This document shows, one piece after another, positions 55,955-64,000 of a DNA stretch of 64,000 nucleotides. Under the pieces are notes generated by a model. That model was not told the DNA's origin. It did not search any database and was given only the letters and a program-made list of their open reading frames with translations. The stretch's first letter is position 1, and each line of letters opens with the position of its first letter. Origin of the DNA: Trichoplax sp. H2 (lineage: Eukaryota); contig NOWV01000027.1 of assembly GCA_003344405.1 (NCBI GenBank), positions 248,001 through 312,000 of the forward strand, read 5' to 3'. Both the position numbers and the translations under genes were made by a program.

Positions 55955-56780
55955 AGTATTTCCTTAAAAAATATTATTTATGAAGTAAAACCATCCCAAT
56001 ACTAGCCCATAAACTGATTTTAAGGAGGATAAATAAGCTATAAACACTTGTTAAATAGTAATAAGAGTAAATTAAACTAGAGATCGTTCATTATTCTAGT
56101 AGCAATAAGGTAAAGTATCCTTAAAAATCAGCTACAGAAATAGTTCGAGGGTCTGCCTCTATTTCAAGGGTTACAACAGCAAATAATCCCACTGAAAGTT
56201 TTACTATTCTCATTAATGAAGTAGAAATCATCCCAAGGTTGGCCAATAAATCAACTTTAACGAAGCCAAGTATCCTATTAAATATTTGTTTACTAGTAAT
56301 AGAAGTAAATTTACTCAGAGATAGTTCATTATTCTAGTTACAACAACGTAAATTATCCTTGAAAATGAGTAACGAAATACTATAAGGGCCTGTAACTGTA
56401 TCAAGGCTCCAATGACCACCAATTCCTCTTAAAGTCTTACTATTCTGTCAGTATTTCCTTGAAAAATGTTATTGATGCAGTAAAAACCATGTCAAGGTAG
56501 GCCAATAAATCAATTTCAACGAAGCTAATTATGCTGTAAAATACTTGTTAACCAGTAATAGGAGTGAATTAGCTCAAAGATCGTTCATTATTCTAGTAAC
56601 AAGGTAAATAATCCTTGAAAATCAGCAATAAAATAGTATAAGTACGGTTCTACAAGAAACTGTATATATTACAAGGGCAACGAAAGCAAATAAATTCTCT
56701 CCAGATTTTACTGCCAATTCAACTTCAACGAAGCAAATTACTATCCTTTAAAACACTTGTTAACCAGTAATAGAACGACT
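55955..56780. repeat. Tandem repeat, about 240-260 bp x 3+, upstream of the GPCR gene
   Basis: GTTCATTATTCTAGT at about 56086, 56324 and 56583. GGCCAATAAATCAA and TATCCTTGAAAAT are also repeated. Confidence 0.85.
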
Positions 56781-57187
56781 CAAAGATTTCATACTACTTT
56801 AGGGCAACGAAGCAGACTATTTTTGTAATGTAATTTTTTCCTTCTCTCTCAACACTATAAAAACGAGCGGCCAAACTTAAGATTAGAAAGATCAATATAA
56901 AGTTTTCCCCTTTTAATTACTGGTAGCAACTAGTAAACAATAGTTGCTTGACAGGTTGTATGTATTTTATATTGAAATTATAGTAGAGTATCAAACTATA
57001 ATTATCCGAAAAATAAAAGAAATTCGTTACTGTTTATTAATATCGTTTATCTCTAAATGTACAGCAAGATTCTTCTTCTTCAAGTCTTTAATATTTCTGC
57101 TCTTATCACCACAGGATATCCTACTAGGTTAAATCTTATTCTTTAAACTCTTGTAATAAAAAACTGACGAGCAATATCTTGGCAAAA

Positions 57188-60100
57188 ATGCGCGCAAATT
57201 TGTTTCAATTGGCTATAATTATTGGATCCTTGTTTACTGTCGTAGCTCATGGTCTAAAAGATCAGAACCTTTACCTTGGTGGATTTTTTCCTCTCGAAGA
57301 TTTATCCGGCAATAACTGGCAGACTGGAAACGGTATATTAGCTGCATGTCGACTTGCAGTAGATTTAATCAACAATTCTACTAATATCTTGCCAAATCAT
57401 CGATTAGTCCTAATAGCTAACGACACCAAGGTAAGAAGAGTTAATAAATTTCGTTTCCCTAATAGCATTAAGTAGAAATTTTTAAAAAGCAGATAGAAGT
57501 ATTCTTAGTTTTGATTATCCATGCTTCTTACTATATTCCGGTTTACCTTCTCTGGAAATATTTACAGTATAAATGATTATCAGCCCTGCTTAACATCTGC
57601 AAACCATGCCAATAAGATCTCTAACGTAATAGATACCATATTTCCGTCAATTATATCATATTATAGGGCCTTTTACCTCGAGCGCAACGAGTCCTTTTCA
57701 ATTATATTTTTCGTCCACCAACTAAATTGGCTCTAATTGGTGCCGGCTATTCTAGTGTTACCGAGCCACTAGCTGCAACTTCGGCATTATGGAATTTGCT
57801 ATTGGTAAACGATGAGATCTAGCTACTGCTTATTCATTTGAATATAATGACCGAAAAATGTCCAATAGAATATTCTATTTTGGCAAGCTATAGCTAGTTC
57901 ATCATCTGCCAGCTTGTGCTAATCATGTTTCTTCAATTCCATTTCTTTCTTATTGATGCTAGGTTTCTTATTCAGCTTCATCGCCCGTTTTGTCCAATCG
58001 CCAAAAATTTCCATATTTTTTTCGTACTATCGAATCGGAAATTTCATTTAATAATCCACGTATTGAATTATTAAAGTACTACAATTGGAATCAGATCGCA
58101 CTTTTGTATGAATCGGAAAATATTTTCAGCGAGGTAAATCCAAGGACTGAATTTGTATATTAAAGAAATGATTTTATTCTAAAATTGATCAAGGTATAAT
58201 GATGAAAAATAGAGTCGGTTAATGATTGATCAAACTAAACCCTTTTTATTCTTGCTCTAATCTACAGACGATGGATGATTTTCGAAGTAAAATAGCAGTT
58301 AATAATAATATCACTATAATATCATCGGAAAGTTTTGCAGACCAGCCCAAGGAACAAGTCAAACAAATAAAAGTAAGTTAGGATTACTTTCTGTTACAAG
58401 CTTTTGTCGCATTACATACTCTCCTGAGTAACGAGAATGAATCACTGTTAGGCTTAACATTGAAATCGAATCAATTAGATAGTTTAAAATTCACCTTAAA
58501 AACGCTATTCTTAATTCTTCAAGAAATAGCAGATCCCTAATGTTATTATTTCAATCTAGTATTTATGCATTATAATTGTTATTCGATGGATATATAAAGA
58601 ATATTCCATATTTCGGCTTGATAGCATATTTAGTAAAATAGACGGTAAAATTATCGCCATAATTTGTAATTTCATTCTAATATATTATGATCATTGCCTT
58701 TCCTATGTAGTAAAAGATGATGGAATAATTATTATACCAACGTGTTAGCTCAATTTCAAATTATTCAATTGCTTTAACACCTCATAAAGGATAATCTCAT
58801 GATTGATCCTTATTCTAATTCTAGGAAAAAGACGCCAGAATTATTATTGCAAGTTTCTACGAAGATACTGGAAGGAAGGTCATATGCGAAGTAAGTAAAA
58901 CTGTCTAAAATTCGATTTCTAATGCAACTTTGAGTCGGTTACTAGATAGTATAAAGCTTTAAATTGATTCTAAATTTCCATCTTGAATAATCATACAAAC
59001 AACTATTGAAATAGTAACTGATAATCATTGTGAGGGTATAGCATTCATTTCTAGGTAACATACTCGAGTATTCTCTGTTTCGTAGTCTTACAAAGACTGC
59101 TGTAGTTTACTATAATAATCTGTTACAAATGACTCTGAAATTTATTAAATCAACACAGATTACATATATAATATTTAATATTACTACTAGTAGATATTAA
59201 TGAATGACCGTAATCTAAGTCACAGTAAAATAAATCCATCAATGTAAGCTATTCTGTTAGATTTTTATAATTAATTATGAAATTTATCAAATCAACAAAG
59301 TTTATGTATTAAATAATTATGTACAGTAGATACTAATAAATCTCAGTAATTTAAATTATAATGAGACATATCCATCAATATTAGTTATGACTAGTATTAG
59401 TGTATCTAATCGAATGGACATCGATTCCTACTATTAAAAAACTATATTAAAAGAATTGCACCATGATCGACCCTTTTCCATTTCTTACGCACTTTGTCTT
59501 GCAATTGACTTGAAATTAGGCTTACCATCATGGTTTATTCGGTGCCAAATATGTTTGGATTTTAATCGGATGGTTAGAAGTGAATTGGTGGGATGTAGCG
59601 GTAACGGTTTCATCTGGTCAGTGTACTCGAGAACAAATGCGTGAAGTAATTACAGGCCAGATTGCAATTGATTTAACCTATGTACGCAAAGATGATAAGA
59701 GAGCAATTTCTGGCCAGGTGATGAAGGATGGAAAAGCAATTTTAACTTGCAATTTATCTCTAATTCTTGCATAATTCTATTAAATGGTCGATTTTTTAAC
59801 GATAGTATAACTACAAGGAATTTAACGAATTCAAATATTAGCTTTTCTGAAATTATAGATGTATACGATCATTCACTGATAGTAGTATAACGTAATAGAT
59901 GTTGATAATCTTTGCCATGATTGACATAAAGGGTAGATTTTATCTAAATTATCATTGCCGTAAGATATGCCAGTCTAACAAATTTAAATATCAATCTCAC
60001 GGAGAATCATTGCCACAAACTGATTTACTCATTAGTGGTCCTACTATCTATCTCTAGACCGCATCAGAATTTACGCAAGCCTATTCTGAATTAGTACCTA

Positions 60101-63100
60101 ATGTTAACAAACGCGATCTCTACGCTGCTTTTGCCTATGATGCTGTTTACGCTATCGCCTTAGCTCTAAATCAGAGTGAAGTAGATCTAGTCAAGTATAA
60201 CAAAACTTTGAGCGATTTCACTTATAACGATCTTCAAATGGCCCGAATATTTAGGACGAATATGCAAAATTTACTATTTGAAGGCATTTCTGTAAGCGTA
60301 CTTGATAATTATCAAAAAATGATTTGTATTCACTTATACAGCAAGAATAAGGTATCAAATTTATTTAACATGTTCAATTAAGTTATTAATGAACTATTTA
60401 TTACAGGGGACAGTTAGTTTTACCGCCAAAGGTACTCGAATTGGTACTATCGTCTATCAACAAATGCAAAGTAAGAAATTTTAGCCTCTATAGGTCTTAT
60501 TATGATGATATATTAATTATTGGCTCACTCTCTTATGTCTTATTGGATTGAAAATGGGAAAGCTATAACGCCTGTTATTGAATTATTTTTTATCCCATTG
60601 CTATATCTTGCATACTTTCCTTTATTTTAGCACAGTAGGTATCTAACATTGAAACTGTTTATAAATATAAACATTTACTCGTATTTCCTTTACTTCCAAA
60701 TCGTTTAACAGAAGATGACTGGAACTTGCACTCATGCTCTTTTATCGTTAATATGCCATCACAGTAGTGATATATTTCATATGCATGTACCTTTTTTCCT
60801 CTAATTAAATTATGATATCGCGCTAAAATCAAGTCTATATTTATAAGTTATTTTACCCTTTCATAAATTCACCCAAAAAAAAATTAAAATTTTTTTATTT
60901 TTATCGCAACTTTATAGACATAACTGGTGTTACGCAAAAAGTTAATATTGGTATTTATGATGGCCAAGCCAAGCAGATTGCCATTAACAACGACCTAGTT
61001 CAGTGGAAGAGTATGTCTTTTGAGATATAGCAGTTTTGAAGCAGAAATTTTTATCATAATCTGGCTGATTCATAATTCGTAACTCTAGATTAAAGCTATT
61101 ACAAATATTAGAATTATAAGCAACTAGGGCATAAAAATTAACCGTACTGCTATTTTTTCCAGAGCTGATCAATAGTTAATAGCAAGCGATATTGCGAGTA
61201 CATTATCGCTACAGTATTTTAGAAAAAGACCGAAATAGGAATTAATTTGTTGCTTCCATATGAATACGTGTATAGATTGAGATATGGATATTATTTAATT
61301 CACTATTACTAAAACAATCAATTCTTGAAAATAATTTCCGAATTATAGGCAATAGAACTCCCATTGCATCCGTTCGATATAGCTTCACTCCTTTACACAT
61401 CGATTTAGCATTACTTATTTCCATGTATATTCTAGCTACTTGCGGAATCCTTTTGGCTATTGCATTCCTGACTTTTAATATCATACTTCGACATGAAAGG
61501 TAATTCAGCATTTTACGACTTGATATTTATTTTCATCATTCAATATGTAGCTGTGGATATGCCAGTTTGAATCGGCTTTCTTAAGATTAAAATTAGCATT
61601 TCACATTGTGATGGAGGGTTCGAAGAGTCAGATAATATGGTTTTAGCTGTCATACAGAGAATTGCACAAGGAGCTTAAGAAAAGAGGATACTTTATTGTA
61701 GATAGTAGTTAGGTACAATGTAATAATTACGGTAGATCAGCGTGCAAGCTGTCGTGAGTAACGTGTGAAGACTAACCAGGAAACTAATGATTTCTGAGGT
61801 AGAAAACGGGTGGTATTTATAATTTAAAGATAGAGCACATGCAGAGAATAGGATTGTAGAATTAGATACTACATATACCATAACAGGTTACAACATATCT
61901 GATGATTGTAGCAAACAGCGAGTACTGTAAAAACTAAATACAGTAGCCTATATATGAATGTGAAGTAAGCGGACTGTAGATAAGTCTAAATGTAAGAGCA
62001 ATACAACATGTCTATATTTAAGAGTAGAATATAGTTACAGTATATTCTAAATACACTACACACATGAATCAAAATTTAATTTAATTCTTGATTCTACTTT
62101 ATCTGTATACAACGATAATAAATATCTGTTTTTACTATAGACTAAATTATTCAATTTACTACCAATACAACATATAGAAACTGTCTTTTGCATTAAAAGA
62201 CACAGTTCTCTGATCTGCACTTGCCACTGTTCTTTTCAGCATATCATATTTTGATCTGCATATTCTCATTTCACTTTGTAAAGCTGATAGTGTAATAAAA
62301 TTCGTCAATTAGCTTTAACTACGTTACTAATCTAAGCACTTGTTTAGTAATTTATAATAACATTTACATATTATCTTTGTTTCAGATTTATCAAGATGTC
62401 AAGCCCGCGAATTAATAATCTCATCGTTGTTGGTTGTAGCATGATGTATTTCGCTATTTATGTATTCGGTTTGGATGGTAGATGGGTCTCTCAGCGAAAT
62501 TTTCATGCTGTTTGTATGGTAGATATTTTGAACTCTAATAGTACCATTAAATTTATGGACAGTAATACATCGAATAATGACTTCATGAACGATAAAGATA
62601 TAATGTTAAAATTATAGGCTCGTGGTTGGTTCCCAGTTATTGGCTTTACCTTTATGTTCGGTTCAATCTTTGCTAAAACTTATCGTGTGCACAAAATATT
62701 TACAAGTGGCAAAGCTAATAAAGTGGTAAGGGCCGTTTCTGTGATATCAGAAAGAATATTAAAGTTAATTAAAATGAAACATTATATAAATTAAATTTAA
62801 ATAAATTGTATAATAAATTATATAAATATATAAATATAATTATGTAATAAATTATATAAATTAAATTTAATACAAATCATTTAATTTTCGATTGATGCCT
62901 GCCAGGTCATGAAGGATACTTATCTATTTGGTCTTATTGGAATATTGTTACTTATGGACATTACTATCCTAACTGCGTGGCAAATTATTGATCCAATGTA
63001 CTTGAAAATTCTTAATTTAACAGCTGAGGTAGGACGCTTTATAACTTGATTAGAATTTCCATCATTTATCAGAGTAGATTATTCCGTACATTTATCCTGT

Positions 63101-63801
63101 TATATAACAGTAACTAATTAAAAATCGCCAAGATACTGTACTACAGGATGGACTATACTCACAAATTTATTCTATACTTTAAACCATTAGAGTTCTCCGA
63201 ATCAAGATGTGGTCCGCTTACCTCAAATTTGGCTATGTGATAGTAATAATAAAGTTACCTGGTTGATTGCCTTATTCGTATTGAAAGGCACAGTTGTCAT
63301 GGTTGCAGTTTTTTTTGCATGGGAAACGCGTAAAGTAACAGTTGCTGCCCTAAATGATTCTCAGTATATTGGCATGGCAGTTTACAACGTAGTTATTCTA
63401 GGTATTGTTGGCGTACCAGTTATTATTATTCTAGCTGATCAGATTAACCCGACCTTCGCACTAACCAGTGGCTTTATCGTATTTGGCAATACTGTTGTAT
63501 TATGCTTAGTATTTGTGCCAAAAGTAAGTAACTGCATTCTCAATATGACTTGCATTCTGTAGGGTGTTCAAGTTATCAATAATAGTGCGTCAATATATAT
63601 GACATATATTACAGATAAATATATAAATACCAATTACATAGAGTATTAAATCGTTTAATAATTCTTTCTTGATAGATATTGGAGTATCGGAATAATCCAG
63701 CAAGAAACACAATCCACCTAGCAAGATCGCGTGAATCGACGTTATCCATTACTAAAGTAGCCCCATCGGCATTTCCTTCTGAAATGGAGTCGTCAACTTA
63801 A
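57188..63801 (+). CDS. GABA-B-receptor-like class C GPCR (signal peptide, Venus flytrap, 7TM, no Cys-rich domain)
   Basis: Signal peptide MRANLFQLAIIIGSLFTVVAHG; SASSPVLSNRQKFPYFFRT, KEKDARIII, AFAYDAVYAIALALN, FIKMSSPRINNLIVVG, FGSIFAKTYRVHKIF, AWETRKVTVAALNDSQYIGMAVYNV, LCLVFVPK. TAA at 63799-63801. Confidence 0.94.
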
Positions 63802-64000
63802 ATTCAAAAATAGCTAGTGATAATTTAAACTGGTTACAATTACGATTGCCTATTGTTAAACATGATTAATTATAGACCTAAATTTTTATTAAAGCCTGAA
63901 AATTAACAACGAAAAATATACCAGTAAGAATAGTATATTTTAAGATTACTAGAGGGAATTATTCTATACTACTAGACGACAAGATACTCGTATAAATATA

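Noticed and set aside
62780..62872. AT-only repeated stretch in a GPCR intron
   Set aside because: Ordinary low-complexity sequence.

Overview
AT-rich, intron-rich, gene-dense eukaryotic DNA. The gene content and short introns suggest a compact early-branching animal genome, probably a placozoan such as Trichoplax (inference only). Spliced genes reconstructed by hand, in order: 3' part of alpha-actinin (+), DZANK1 (-), presenilin (+), POLR3F/RPC6 (-), spastin (-), an orphan protein with an internally duplicated domain and a C-terminal PPxY (+), a relic exon plus two head-to-head CRT-like transporter paralogs, kaptin (+), GEMIN6 (-), ALKBH6 (+) and a GABA-B-like class C GPCR (+). The most striking non-coding signal is a set of promoter-proximal arrays that parse almost entirely into TA plus CAG/CTG/CACTG/CAGTG/C/G units. 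This is the grammar of stacked Tc1/mariner excision footprints, and a small candidate MITE with similar ends lies in the same window. Other highlights: a U12-type intron in alpha-actinin, an ATG-less hydrophobic N-terminal extension of spastin, a GC-AG intron and different lysosomal sorting signals in the CRT paralogs, an altered ligand pocket in the GABA-B-like receptor, and gene linkage shared with vertebrates. Exon boundaries were read by eye and gene names rest on motif recognition, not database searches.
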